A program made the position numbers and the translations under genes. DNA of 64,000 nucleotides from the human T2T-CHM13v2.0 reference genome, Homo sapiens, in the NCBI RefSeq assembly GCF_009914755.1, contig NC_060930.1, one strand, 5' to 3'. Below, piece by piece: positions 17,796-35,220 of this stretch (positions within the stretch are counted from its first letter, which is position 1; every line of letters starts with the position of its first letter). The notes beneath the pieces were generated by a model that saw only the letters and a program-made list of their open reading frames with translations, searched no databases and was not told where the DNA came from.

Positions 17796-17869
17796 CCTGA
17801 TTCTGGAACATTTCACCACATCTACTTTATCATCCTCTCTTTTTATATACGCCCATTCATCTTTTTCTT

Positions 17870-18180
17870 TTCTTTTTTTTTTTTGTCTGAGGCAGTGCCT
17901 TACTCTATCACCCAGGCTGGAGTGCATTGGTGCAATTGTAGCTTACTGCAATCTTGAACTCCTGGGCTCAAGTGATATTCCAGCCTCAGCCTCCTGAGTA
18001 GCCGAGACTATAGGCATGTGCCACCATGACTGAATAATTTTTAAAATTCTTTGTGTGTGTGTATGGGGGTGGTTTTCACGATGTTGCCCAGGCTGGTCTT
18101 GAACCCCTGGCCTCAACAAATCTTCCTGCTTCCATTTCCCTATGGGCTGGAAGTACAGGCATGAGCCACTGCGCTTGGCC
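17870..18180 (-). mobile_element. AluJ
   Basis: Diverged antisense Alu; TSD ccattcatctttttct. Confidence 0.9.
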
Positions 18181-19299
18181 TTTCCATTCATCTTTTTCTG
18201 AATTTGAGATGCAGACATGATGCCCATCAATATAAGAATAATCACCTACCTAAATTCTTCATCAGCTCTTCAAATTAGGGAATTGACCTTGGCACAGGAA
18301 ACCATTCAATCTACAGATCCTGTTCAAGTGTTGCACATTGTCCTAAGAATGTCCATTTTACGGGGGGTGGTGGGGGAGGGGAGAAGTCCAGGAGGGAATC
18401 CAGGACCATGCATTACATTTAGTTGTCATGTGTCACCCATCTTCTTCAATCTACAACAGTTTCTTCGTCTTTCCCTGCATTTTGTATCCTTAGCAGTCTT
18501 AAAAAGGTCAGGCCTTTTATTCCATTGGATGACCTTCAACTTGAGTTCCTTTGGTGTTTCCTCATGACCAGACGCAGGCCATACATGCAGTTTTGACAAT
18601 AAATACCACAGAAATGTTTCTGGACCTTTGTCCCTTGGTCAAGTTGGTGTCTTCCAGGCTTCTCCACCAGAGTCCCCATCTCCCTTTTGTAATTAATAAG
18701 TATTTTGTGGAGAGATAATGTGAGATTATGCCAATATGCCAATCCTCTTCAAACCTCTGTGCACCAGCTTTGACATCTGTTGACAACTCCCATCTGAATC
18801 AAACACCAGTATGGTGGTTGCCAGTGGTGATTTTTCTATTTCTATAGTTCCTTCTACCATTTAGTAGTTGGCATTCTACTATAAGAAAAAACCTTCCTTT
18901 CTCTCCCAGTTGTTTGTTTGTTTATATCAGGATGGACTCATGGATTCCTATTTTACGTAGGTGGTTGAAATCTGTTAATATTATTGTTTATTTTGGTGGT
19001 CAAATTGTCCCAGAATGGGCCAAACCGACCCCCTTCAAGCTGGCCCCTTGTGTCCTTTGACTTGTCCCCATCATTCTTGGAGCGTTTTCTTACTTTCTGG
19101 CATGATAAAATGTTCCAGGCTCTTTTGCACTTTCCTTGCTTCAGCCCTGGAATAGGGAGCCCTGGTTCCTTTTTGTGAAGAGTGATGTTTAGAAACCAAG
19201 ATCTGAGAGCTTGGTGTGCTTGTGGTTATTGGGGTGACATTACTTCTAGGCCCTCTCAAAGATTAGAGCTAGGATACACACACATACACACATACATAC

Positions 19300-20237
<938 letters not shown>

Positions 20238-20328
20238 CTATACATAGATACACATACATTATACATACACAACACACAGATATCTATAGCTATTTTAAAG
20301 TCTAAGTATAATTTAAAATCATGAGTTC

Positions 20329-20680
<352 letters not shown>

Positions 20681-21116
20681 TCAAAGTTTTTTCCAGCCTT
20701 CCTCCTTTCCCAGTAACCATCATTGCTCCCAGGACAGTGAGTAAAGCGGCCCTCTGACAGTGGGAAACTTAGCTCCCATCATCCTCAATATAGTTACTTA
20801 TTTGCTCCCCTCTGCCTGCAGCCTCTGGGCTGTGTCTTCAACAGTGCTTCTGGGTGGCCCCTATCCTACTACCCTCCCTGCCTCACTTCCTGGACTGCCT
20901 GTTGTGCTGACACTTGCAGCTAAGAGATGAAGGGGCCAGGGAGGGGGAGGAAGGGAAGCTCAGGTACACTGTTAATCTCATACTGGGCTTAGTTAGTCAG
21001 GGTATGTATTCTTTACCCATTTTATAGATGAGGCTCAAAGCGGTTGAGCATCTTGCCTGACAATGACAGTGAGTAACCCCAAGAGCAGAGGGAATCAGAT
21101 GTGTTGGGTCTTTGAG

Positions 21117-21298
21117 CAGTGCTTCTCAATCCAGTCAGCACATTAGAATCCACTGGGGAGCTTTTCAGAAAGATTAATGCTCAAGCCTCACTTCCCAGGA
21201 AATTAGAAGGAAATCTCTGGAGTTGGGATGCTGGCAGTGTGTTTTTTAAAAGCTCTCTGGGGGCATCTCAGTGTGTAGCCAGGGTTGAGAGCCATTGC
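21117..21298. mobile_element. MER5 (hAT-Charlie MITE)
   Basis: cagtgcttctcaa...ttgagagccattg terminal inverted ends. Confidence 0.75.
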
Positions 21299-21615
21299 TT
21301 TTTTTTTTTTTTTTTTTTTTTTTTGAAGAGTCTTACTCTGTCACCAGGCTGTAGTGCAGCGGTGTGATCTCGGCTCACTGCAACCTCCAACTCCCTGGTT
21401 CAAGCGATTCTCCTGCCTCAGCCTCCTGAGTAGCTGGCATTACAGGCACGCACCACCATGCCCAGCTAATTTTTGTATTTTTAGTGGAGACGGGGTTTCA
21501 CCTTATTGCCCAGGATGGTCTTGATCTCCTGACCTCGTGATCCACCCGTGACCTTGTGACTCACCTCCACCTCCCAAAGTTCTGGGATTACAGGCGTGAG
21601 CCACTGCACCCTGCG
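21299..21615 (-). mobile_element. AluSc-like with small internal duplication near 21530-21570
   Basis: TSD gagagcca(t/c)tgcttt. Confidence 0.92.
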
Positions 21616-21689
21616 AGAGCCACTGCTTTAGGGCCACATAACTTCAGATCAAATCTCCACTGTTCGGCCTATGAGCTGTGCCATCTTGA

Positions 21690-22113
<424 letters not shown>

Positions 22114-22380
22114 TGACCTCTCTCTCACTCATCCAGCAAACTCTTGATTCTTATGACTCTCCCCTTACTCTCCACCTGGTCCAGGGGAGGCCATCAGACT
22201 CCCGCCTTCTGGGGTTCTTGTCACTCCCACACAACCTTCCATCACCATGCTTTTCCTTCTCCTCTTGCACCACATTTTCCCAGACTTTTTTCAAATGTTA
22301 CCCCCTTCAAGAGGCCTTCCTAAATTGGCTGAGCCCTCACTATCTCCTGCTCCTGAGCCACATTAAAAAAAAAAAAAAAT

Positions 22381-22531
22381 AGAGACAGGGTCTTGCTGTG
22401 TCACTCAGGATGGAGTACAGTAGCACAATCATAGCTCACTGCAGCCTTGAACTCCTGGCTCCAGTGATCCTCCCACCTCAGCTTCCCTAGTAGCTAGGAC
22501 TACCTTGCCAGCACAAGCCACCTCACCTGGC
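22381..22531 (-). mobile_element. AluJ/FRAM right arm
   Basis: gagacagggtcttgctgtg...cctcacctggc. Confidence 0.85.
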
Positions 22532-22594
22532 TTCAATATTTAATATTATAGTCCATATTTAAATCAATATCAAATATTCAGTATTTAATATTAT

Positions 22595-23015
22595 AGTCAT
22601 AATATTGTATAACCATCATGATTATTTCCAAAAATTTCCATCATCCCAAACAGAAACTCTGTATTCACTAAGCAATAACTCCCATTGCCCCGGAAACCTC
22701 CTAACTACTTTCTATCTGTGTTAACTTGACTATTCCAGATATTTCATATGAGTGGAATCATACGGTATTTGTCTTTTCCTCTCTGATTTCCTCCACTTAG
22801 CATGTTTTCAAGGTTCACCTGAGTTGTGGCATGTATCACAACATTATTCCTTTTTATGGCTGAATGATATTCTATAATATTTATACACCACGTTTTGTTT
22901 ATCCATTTACTTGTCTGTGGACACGTGGGTTGCTTCCACCTCTCGGCTATTGTGAATCATGCTGCTATGAATATCCGTGAGCAAATGTATGAGTTTCTGC
23001 TTTGGGCTATGCTTT
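22595..23015 (-). mobile_element. L1MB fragment
   Basis: ccatcatcccaaacagaaactctg...gagtggaatcatacggtatttg...ttatccatt. Confidence 0.8.
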
Positions 23016-23028
23016 TAAAGATAGTCCT

Positions 23029-23330
23029 GGCTGGGCACAGTGGCTCACGCCTGTAATCCCAGCACTTTGGGAGGCCGAGGCGGGTGGATCTCCTGAGGTC
23101 AGGAGTTCGAGACCAGCCTGGCCAACATGGTGAAACCCTATCTCTACTAAAAAAATACAAAAAGTTATCCGGGCGTGGTGGCAGGTGCCTGTAATCCCAG
23201 CTACTTGAGAGGCTGAGGCAGGAGAATGGCGCGAACCCAGGAGGCGGAGCTTGTAGTGAGCTGAGATCGTGTCACCGCACTCCAGCCTGGGTGACAGAGC
23301 AAGACTCCGTCTCGGAAAAAAAAAAAAAAA
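23029..23330 (+). mobile_element. Alu with AluSx-type left arm and AluY-type right arm
   Basis: TSD aaagatagtcct; Y diagnostics gaatggcg and gagcttg occur only in the right arm. Confidence 0.92.
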
Positions 23331-23667
23331 GATAGTCCTAAATTGAGTTACTCTGGTTTTAGATGATTTTTTGTTTAAATTAGATGTTCCAAGCCAAAGG
23401 CTTTATCTTCTATGTCGCTCATGCCCCTGAATGCTGTCGCTGCCCAGCATCCAGCGGGCCCCTGTGATTGTTCAGTAAATGACATTGACTGACATAATTT
23501 GGAGTACACCATTTAGGCAGTGAGGGAACGTTGATGTGTTCATCACAAGTCATGTCCAGAGTCATCTCTGACAACCAGGTCTTTTCCAGCCCTGTTTCTG
23601 GGTTGAGGGAGCTCAGCGGGAGGTGGAAAAAGGCAATCTGAAGCCCCAGGATTAGCATCTCCACCCA

Positions 23668-24033
23668 ATTTTTTTCTTACTTTTCTTTTCTAAAACAGTG
23701 TCTTACTCTGTTGCCCAGGACTGCAGTAGTGCAATCAGGAATCACTGCAGCCTTGAACCCCTGGGCTCAAGCAATCTTCCCTCCTCACTGTCCTGAGTAG
23801 CTGGACTACAGACATGCACCACCATGCCTAGCTAATGTATTTTTTATTCTGTGGAGATGGGTAGCTAGAACCACAGACACGCACCATCATATCCTGCTAA
23901 TTTTTAAATCTTTTGTGGAGATGAGGTCTCTTGATGCTGCCCAGGAAGTCTCAAACTCCTGGCCTCAAGAGATCCTCTCACCTTAGGCTTTTGAAGTGCT
24001 GGGATTATAGGCATGAGCCTCTGCACCTGCCCA
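23668..24033 (-). mobile_element. AluJ with ~63-bp internal tandem duplication
   Basis: gtagct...gtggagatg occurs twice (23798-23860, 23861-23923). Confidence 0.85.
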
Positions 24034-24539
24034 CCTCCCTCTCCCAATCCTGATTTAACTTCTCAGTAAAAGAGAGATATTCTAGGTTTTTTTAATCAAG
24101 GCTCTTACCTTGAAACTTGAGCTCTGTCTAGTCTGGTCTTAAGTTGGCCATCTTCTCAATGCCCTCTGCATCTTCTCACCTGTTAAGCTGGGCCACATCT
24201 TGGTAATTGTTCCTGTAGTGCTCCCTTCCCAGAATTCCCTTTCTCCCCTTCTCCTCTCTGGCTATCTGCTACTCATTCATCAAGGCTTCCTCCAGGAAGC
24301 CTTCCTGGACTCTGTATTCTGCATAGCTACAGCATTTTGTACTTATTCTATTTTCAGCATAGGTTTATAGTTGCTGGTTCATTTCCTGGCTCCCCTGGCC
24401 CCCACCTACCACCCCATACTGGGCATTACAAAGGTCTTTCTTAGTCTAATCTGTAGTCCACTGCCCAGCATTCAGCAGGTTGTTGATATCTGTGGGATAA
24501 ATGAATATGAATGTGAGAGATCTCTGCATTTGATGTCTA

Positions 24540-24965
24540 GCTGTTTTATTTCATTTATTTTTAGTCAAGGTCATACATTCACATGATTCCAGAATAAGTC
24601 GCTCTCTCGCCCCTTCCTTAGCTACCTGCATCTCCTCTTTCACTCTGCTCTGCCTCTTCCCTCACTTCACAATACATCTTGAAGATAGTTCTTTCTTTGC
24701 ATAAAGATTATTCCAGTTCTTTTATACAGCTGTATAACGTTCCACGGCTTGGAAATGCCAGCATTTCTTGAGCCAGTGATCTGCTGGTGGATATTCAGGT
24801 TGTTTCCAGCTATTTGCTAGTATCAGTGAGGCTTCCATCAATAACCTGGTACATATATCATTTTGTGTATATGTGATCTGTAGGATAAGTTCTCTCAGTG
24901 AATCTCTGGGTCGAAGAGGAGGTAAACTTGTAAATTTGGATGTGCTGGGTAATTGCTCTCCACAG
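24540..24965 (-). mobile_element. L1ME-like fragment
   Basis: caggttgtttccagctatttgc...ggataagttctctcagtgaatctctgggtc. Confidence 0.55.
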
Positions 24966-26730
24966 AGGTTGCTAATTGCTGTTTAAGGATCTGGTTATTT
25001 GGAATGCTTGCCTACAGGACATTTGTCTGGAGACAGTTGAGTGACTCACAGGAAACCTGTGGTCCAGGATGTCCACAAGCAGCTTACAGGGTTGTCAGCA
25101 GCATCATTCTCACTATGACCACTGTCATCATCACCAAGAGCCCTTAAAAATATAGTCAGCAGCAGACAATCTGCCAGGCTTTACAGTAAACAGAATGATT
25201 CCTGTCCTCAGGGAGCTTCTAGTCCAAGATGGCAATTGAAGCTCCCGGCAACACATCCAAGTGTAAGGGAGGAAGAAGGAGTATGGGAAACAGGGCAAGA
25301 GGATGCCTGCAAGCTCTGTCAGGATGCTTTAATGAATTTTCCCTGAAGCCCCCTCCATTCCCTGACCCACTGGCCACCATGCTCTTCCTCAAGACAGGGA
25401 GCCTGGGGAATGGCCTATTTGTTTTAAGCTGAGTATGTTGTCACTTCCAACAATACAACAGTGTCAAAAGGAAAGAAGACAAGACGAGGAGGGTAGAGGT
25501 GAGCTAGCAACCGCAGCTTCAGCATAGGGCTAAAGTTCTGTTGGCCCCCAAAGGAACTGGCTCAAATCCAGAGTGGACAGAAGACTTGGATTAACATTCC
25601 ACCTGTGTAATACCCTACCCAGCTTCCAAATAGGGCTGGTGATGAAGCTGATGGTGATGAAGTGGGTGCTGCTGGTTTAAGGCAAGTGTTCCCAGTTGAT
25701 AGCAACCCCATTTAGGAAACCCAGTGGCCTTTGTTGAGGACAGAGCCAGTGTTGGACATTGTTGGTCCTACTTGGATGCCCATTTCAATGAGTCAGTCGC
25801 ACTGATTCTTACCACCTTCCACTTGTCACGCTAGATGCCATTGTTGACCTTCAGGAATCAATGGTTCCATGCCCAAAGAAGGAATCTGAGGTACAATGGG
25901 AAGGCAGAGACCTACGGAGTGGGCCTGGCAGGAGGTGGCAAAGGGATGTGTGTTCGGGGGAGTGTGGTGGTGGAAAGGAACGGGGTCAGATAGCTGCACA
26001 CCCAGAAGAGTTTGGACCTTATAAAGGACTCAGGAAAGCCCCAATCCCATGCCCAGTCCCAACTGGCTGACCTTAATTAGGATGAAGGTGGGGAGAGAGG
26101 CTCTTGAATTCCTGGGGAGGACTCCTCCCCCTTGCTTGGAATGGCTCAGAGAAGGACTCTTGAGGCAGGGGGCTTGCTAGCCTACCCAGGCAGCCCCTTC
26201 CTGGCCTCTGAGGAACACAACAGAGGTGGGGGTGACTATGCATTTCTGGGGTTAAAGTCTCCATCTCCGCACTTCTTGCACTTAATACCATGCCCCACAA
26301 CAATAATTGCTTCTTACTGCCATCCCCAATGCTTAAACATTTACCAGAGCCCTGGCGGTCAAGGTGGTTTTCCAGGGGCTTTGGCCCCATCAGGCACTGA
26401 TGATTGCTGAGCGTCACTCAGTAGTCCATAGAGCAGAATTGCTGATGTTGACTTCAGTGCCCTCTGCCCAGCCCTCTCTCCCAGTCTACTGCTAGGCCCC
26501 CACCCCCACAACCCTTCAGCCTTGACCTACCTCCCAGACTCCATCCACCTCTGCTCTGAGCCACTTTTATCATAAAAGCCCCAGGTTTGTCCTCAGAATA
26601 CAATAGGGATGGGGAGGTCTGAATGACAGGGTATGGAGAGCCGCAGATCTGGGTGTGACCCTAAGCAAGGACTGGAAACTTCTCTGGGCCTCAATGTCCT
26701 TGTCTGTCAAGTGGGAAGAACTAGATGGAA

Positions 26731-26770
26731 AGATAGATGGTGCTATAGATAGATAGATAGATGCTAGATG
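26731..26770. repeat. (GATA)n-like microsatellite inside a MIR
   Basis: gatagatgg...atagatagatagatag. Confidence 0.75.
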
Positions 26771-27220
26771 TTTTGCAAGGCTCATGTGAGATCACAAGTA
26801 TTTATAAATCGTTGAAGACATAGGGAATATTTATAAGAAAATGTTTAACTTTTGCCTGGTTTTCTTCAGGGATCAGCATTTGGGCAGCTCCAGACACTAA
26901 GGGTAAATATCACTGGCTGTTGAATCTTGGAAGCCAAGAATATCAGAGCTTAGTGTTTCTCAGTTTTTAAAAAGTTGCTGATAATTTTAATGCTAATGTA
27001 TAAAGTTGGGAATTGTAATGTATTGTTAAAGCTTATATTAATATTATAGAGTTCATATTAATTAAACATCTATAATGTATAAAGACTAATTTTGAGTTTT
27101 TCAAATATAACATCTACTTATTACTTAAGGAAAAACATGATTTGTTGGACCAATTCAAAATGACAGCTATATCATATTTAGATTAGGGATTGAATGTATT
27201 TATTACAAGAGTGGATTGAG

Positions 27221-27523
27221 GCCAGGCACAGTGGCTCATGCCTGTAATCCTAGCGCTTTGGGAGGCGAAAGCAGGAGGATCTATTCAGGCCAGGAGTTTG
27301 AGACCAGCCTGAGCATCATAGCAAGACCCCATTTCTATTTAAAGAAAAAAAAAAAGGCGATGTGATGGTGTGCCTGTAGCCCTAGCTACTCAGGAGGCTG
27401 AGGCTGGAGGATTGCTTGAGCCCAGGAGTTGGAGGTTGCAGTGAGCTATGATTGTGCCACTGCACTCCAGTTCCAGGTGACAAGGGTGAAACCCTGTCTC
27501 TAAAGAAAATAATAATAATAATA
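27221..27523 (+). mobile_element. AluJ
   Basis: TSD aagagtggattga; (AAT)n tail. Confidence 0.92.
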
Positions 27524-28224
27524 AAAGAGTGGATTGATACTATTTGACGTATTAGAACATCAAGAATTGGCAAAAACTATTTCAGGATGTGATATGTGGA
27601 ATACTTGCATGTCACATCAAGAAAACCAGCTGGTTCATTGTCATACATTTCAAGTCTGGCTTCCACATAATGGGAGAGAAGGTTTCAGGCTGCTTTTTCT
27701 AAGTATGTCTCCACTCTTAACACATTGTGGCTGTATATTTCCAATAAAGGCAAAGCTTAATTGGAAAAAATCAGCCCTTTCTTATTTCATTTTAACATTA
27801 TTTTTAAGAACCCAAGATGCCTTGGCATGCTTTAAAACAATTTTGATCAGATAAATAGAAATTATGGACCTATAATGATCCCGTTGAAGCAAGTTGCGAA
27901 ACTCTTCCTTGGGTTGTTATACTTGTATTTGTCCTAACTTCCCGTTCCTAACCAACCGCCTATTTCTGTCTCTTGTGGGTAGACAGAAAATAATAAATGA
28001 CAATATCTAAAAATGATTTAAAGTTTCTTAATGATCAAAAAACACACATCAACTGTTGCATGTAGTTGAGTAGGAAAGCTGTCGGTAAATCTGAGTCACC
28101 AGGACCAAGGCAGACACTCTCAGTAACCACTCACTTTTGCTCTAGAGGGAAGCTTTTCAGACCTGTTTAATTTGCTTTTGAATAGCTAACAGGGTTAGGT
28201 GGTTTCAAATGCAAAAACCACAAG

Positions 28225-29090
<866 letters not shown>

Positions 29091-29325
29091 TTCAGGGTGA
29101 GAAAAGTAATTATAGTCATGGGCCACATGACAGCATTTAGATCAACAATGGAGCAGATATATGATGGTGGTCCCATAAGATTATAATGGAGCTGAAACGT
29201 TCCTATCACCTAGTGATTTCGTAGCTGTCTTAACATTATAGCATGGTGCGTTACTCACAAGTTTGTGGTGATGCTGCTGTAAACAGACCTGCATTGCCAA
29301 TCATGTGAAAGTATAGCACATGCAG

Positions 29326-29625
29326 GCCAGGCGCGGTGGCTCACGCATGTAATCCCAGCACTTTGGGAGGCTGAGGCGGGCGGATCACAAGGCCAGGACT
29401 TCGAGACCAGCCTGGCCAACATGGTGAAACCCCGTCTCTACTAAAAATACAAAAAAACTGGCTGGGCGTGGTGGTGCACACCTATAATCCCAGCTATTAG
29501 GGAGGCTGAGGCAGGAGAATCACTGGAACTTGGGGGAGGTGGAGGTTTCAGTGAGCCAAGATCATGCCATTGCACTCCAGCCCAGGCAACAGTGTGAGAC
29601 TCCGTCTCAAAAAAAAAAGGAAAGA
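29326..29625 (+). mobile_element. AluSg-like
   Basis: TSD gaaagtatagcacatgca. Confidence 0.94.
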
Positions 29626-29749
29626 AAGTATAGCACATGCAACTATTTACAGTGCATCATACTTCATAACGATAATAAATGACTATTATTACTTGTTTAT
29701 GCATTTATTATCCTATACTTTTTAAACCATTCTTTTCTTTTAAAAATTA

Positions 29750-29887
29750 TTTATTTATTTATGTATTTTAAGAGATGGGGTCTTACTATGTTGTCCAGGC
29801 TGGATTTGAATTCCTGAACTCAAGTGATCCTCCCACCTCAGCCTCTTGAGTAGCTAGAACTGCAGGCACAGACCACCATGCCTGGCT
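29750..29887 (-). mobile_element. Alu monomer (FLAM-like)
   Basis: gagatggggtcttactatgttgtccaggctgg...accatgcctggc. Confidence 0.8.
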
Positions 29888-30182
29888 TTTTGCTGTTATT
29901 TTAGAGTGTGCTTCTTCTCCTTATACCCACACACACACACACACATATATATATATGATATATATGTAAAAGTTAATGTGTAAAACAGCCTCAGGCAGGT
30001 CTTTCAAGATGTATTCCTGAAGAAGGTATTGTTACAGTAGATGACAGCTCCGGGCTGTTATTGCCTCTGAAGACCTTCCAGTGGGACAAGAGGTGGAGGT
30101 AGAAGAGGATGATATTGATCATCCTGACCGTGTGAGACCTAGGCTAATGTGTATGTTTGTGTCTTTAGTTTTTAACAAATAG

Positions 30183-30560
<378 letters not shown>

Positions 30561-31290
30561 TAAAGTTAGAAAATATTTTTGTATAGCTGTAATGTGTTTG
30601 TTTTAAGCTAAGTATTATTACAAAAGAGTTAAAAAGTTAAAAAAATTAAAAGTTTTTAAAGTAAAAAAGTTACAGTAAGTTAAGGGTAATTTATTGTGAA
30701 AGAAAGTTTTTAAAATAAATTTAGTGTAGCCTAAGTGTACAGTGTTTATAAAGTCTACAGTAGTATACAGTAAGTAATGCTCTAGGCCTTCACACTCACT
30801 CACCACTTACTCACTTACTCACCCAGAGCAACTTCCAGTCCTGCAAGCTGCATGCATGGTAAGTGCCCTAGACAGGTGTTTCATCTAAAAAAATCTTTTA
30901 TACTGTATTTTTATTGCACTGTTTCTATGTTTAGATACACCAGTGCTTACCATTGTGTTACAATTGCCTACAGTATTTATTCAGTACAGCAATATGCTGT
31001 AAAGGTTTATAGCCTAGAAGCAACAGGCTATGCCATACAGCCGGGGTGTATAGCAGGCTATTCCATCTAGGTTTGTGTAACACTACATGATATGTTCACA
31101 TAGTGACGAAATGGCCTAAAGATGAATTTCTCAGAACCTATCCCTGTTACATGACTGTATTTAATATATTAAAATTTTAAGAAACTGAAGTGGAAATGGA
31201 CCCTATCATCTCCTTTAACTTGAAGCTCCTGGATAGGAAGACCTTGGAAGACCCTGGGTTTCCAAAAGACTTTGGTTGGTTTAAACTTAT

Positions 31291-31598
31291 TTTCTTTTGG
31301 CCTCTCTGAGCCTGCATTCCTTCCTTCTGGGTATGGAGCAGGATTCTCTCTGGAATGGGGCTTTTATGACCTGTGGTCAAACAAGATAGGTCAGATAATG
31401 TCTTTATGACAAGTTTTTACACAGAAAGGTGGAAGGAAAGTGAGAGTAATATTTGTCAGTATTATGACTGGCTTTGGGGAAAAGGGGTTCTGGTTTCTAT
31501 GACTCGCCTTGGGGAAGAGGGATTCTGGTTTCTACACCCAACCCCGGGTTGCGGGGAGAATGGGACTGAGAGGCAGACGGGCAGAGAAAAACATTTTG
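31291..31598 (-). mobile_element. MER39 internal fragment (inverted copy of 34283-34585)
   Basis: Reverse complement of the LTR at 34227-34867; ORF-track peptides from the two sites (31373+, 34505-) are near-identical. Confidence 0.8.
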
Positions 31599-32047
31599 AA
31601 CTAGAGTGGTTCAACCACTGCTTTGAACCAGAGTGCAGACTGAGACCCAGAGAGAGAAGGGCCACCCAGACCACCCACCTTCCCTCTGGGCCATCACTTT
31701 CTCTTCTCAAGGCAGCCCCAGGTGGAGTGGAAGCTCAAAACGGGCTACATTTCTGGGTACTGCACCCACTCCCTGACTGCTGCAAAAGACCAGGGAGAGG
31801 CTTCTCTTGGCTGCAAGAAGAAGCCAGATTCTCCTGGGAGCAGGGACTGTGCTCTGAGCCTCTGGGGGAAGGAGGTCAGCTAGATGGTGGATGATGGAGG
31901 AGCCTTTGAGGCCCCCTCTTCTTACCATTTCTCTAGGTTCAGCCCCTCCTGGAGCTGCTATGTCTCCATCAGAATGCCTGCCCTCAGTGCCCTCCTCCTT
32001 CCCATGAGCCCTGTCCTGAGGGCTGCTAACTTCTATTGTCACCTGCA

Positions 32048-32347
32048 CTTTTTTTTTTTGTTTGTTTGAGATGGAGTCTCACTTTGTTGCCAGGCTGAAG
32101 CGCAGTGGTGCAATCTCAGCTCACAGCAACTTCCACCTCCCGGGTTCACACCATTCTCCTGCTTCAGCCTCCTGAGTAGTTGGGACCACAGGCACGCGCC
32201 ACCACGCCTGGCTAATTTTTGTATCTTTAGTAGAGATGGAGTTTCACCATGTTGGCCAGGATGGTCTCGATCTCTCGACCTCGTGATCCACCCACCTTGG
32301 CCTCCCAAAGTGCTGGGATTACAGCCATGAGCCACCACGCATGGCCT
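32048..32347 (-). mobile_element. AluSc-like
   Basis: TSD tgtcacctgcactt. Confidence 0.94.
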
Positions 32348-33807
32348 GTCACCTGCACTTCTAAGAAGCAGTGCTCCTGTCTGCAAAGAGCTGGACTTAC
32401 AGAGAAACTAAGCACGTTCCAGCTGTAGAGTCTGGCCCTCACCTGCATGGTCCTCCCATGGTCACATGTTTTTGGAAATGTGTGCATTTTGGATTATTTT
32501 TCTAAGAGTTATCCCTCAAATTGTTTGAGCTACCAACCCCACAGTCTACCACTGATCTCCAGTTAAGTAACTAAAATGGTGGGATTTCAGGCAAGCTAAA
32601 GGAAACGCTTCAGTTGGGAGAGGGGCCTGGCCCACAGTATGTGCTTTGGCAAATGGAAGAATGATTGAGTGGGTGAGTGAATGACTGGCCCCACCTCCGC
32701 CAGGTGTTAGGCTGCTACTGAGAACTGATCCTCAGCGCTTGGCAGTGACACTCTTCTTACTGCCATCTCTCTTCTCGGCCCTGCTCGAGGATGTGGCATT
32801 GAGGGAGGCAGATACAGCCAGATGGTGCTGGCTCTCTCCTCCAGGCCCAGCTCAGCAGTCACTTCCTTTTGGCCCCAGTTAGAGGTGCAGGTGGCCCCTC
32901 GTCATGGGGTGGCGGGTGGGGGGTGGGCAGGGGGTGGGCCAGGGACCCTTCTTTTTATCCCTCTAGACCTGGCCTGCCTGGGACCTGAGGTGGTGGTGGG
33001 GTGTCCTTGAGTGAGGAATATCCAACATTCTTAGGATCAGGGTGGTGTGTGTGTGAGGGGGGGGAATGGGATGGTGGATGTTTCTAGAAGGAACATAGAA
33101 GGGGACCAGTGCCCACAGCTTACCTATCCTCACCCCTTGCCTCCCCTGCCCTAACCATTAGGGTGGTGTCCTGCCTCTTTCCTTTCCTCTGTCACCCATA
33201 CCCTGTAAACCCTTCCTAACTAGCAAGTCTTTCATCTTTCCGGATTATCTGCAGAGGATCTGGACGGCACCTTAGTTCCCCGTCTCCTTGGAATGTGTAG
33301 AAACTGTTAGCTCTGTGTTTATTCATCCACCCCTATTGTTCTGCCTCCTCTCTGTTCTCTCCAAAGCTCTGTCATTCCTGCTCCCCAACCCATGCTAAGA
33401 GCTCCTCCTTGGGGGAGGAATCTATGTAAAGGTTAAGAATGGAGGGGTGGGGTGGGGAGCATCATGCTCAGACAGGGATCTGAGGGTGAGTAGAAACTGG
33501 GGGTGCTGTTATAAATAGCCAGAGAAGGTATCTGAAAAGCCTATGGGTTTTTCTCTCCGCCTTCTTCTTTTTTCATTAAAAAAAAAAAATTATTAGGTTA
33601 CATTTTAACATGCCTCAAAATTCCGAAGGTATAAAAGGCTACAGTAAAATGTATGTCCTCCCAGCCCTGTCCTTTCATCATCCAGTGTAGCTGCCTCTCC
33701 TCAAGCCCTCTGACCAGGCCCCCTGCACTGTGTAGGAAACAGGGGAAAGGGATGGATATATGTTTATGGAGACTTAGATTTTCTCTTCTATAAAAACAAT
33801 GCTGTGG

Positions 33808-35220
<1,413 letters not shown>

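Noticed and set aside
16833-17927. Reverse-transcriptase ORFs (242 aa and 120 aa)
   Set aside because: Truncated, interrupted L1 ORF2 with FADD changed to FADN and an N-terminus borrowed from Alu/flank; not a functional or novel RT
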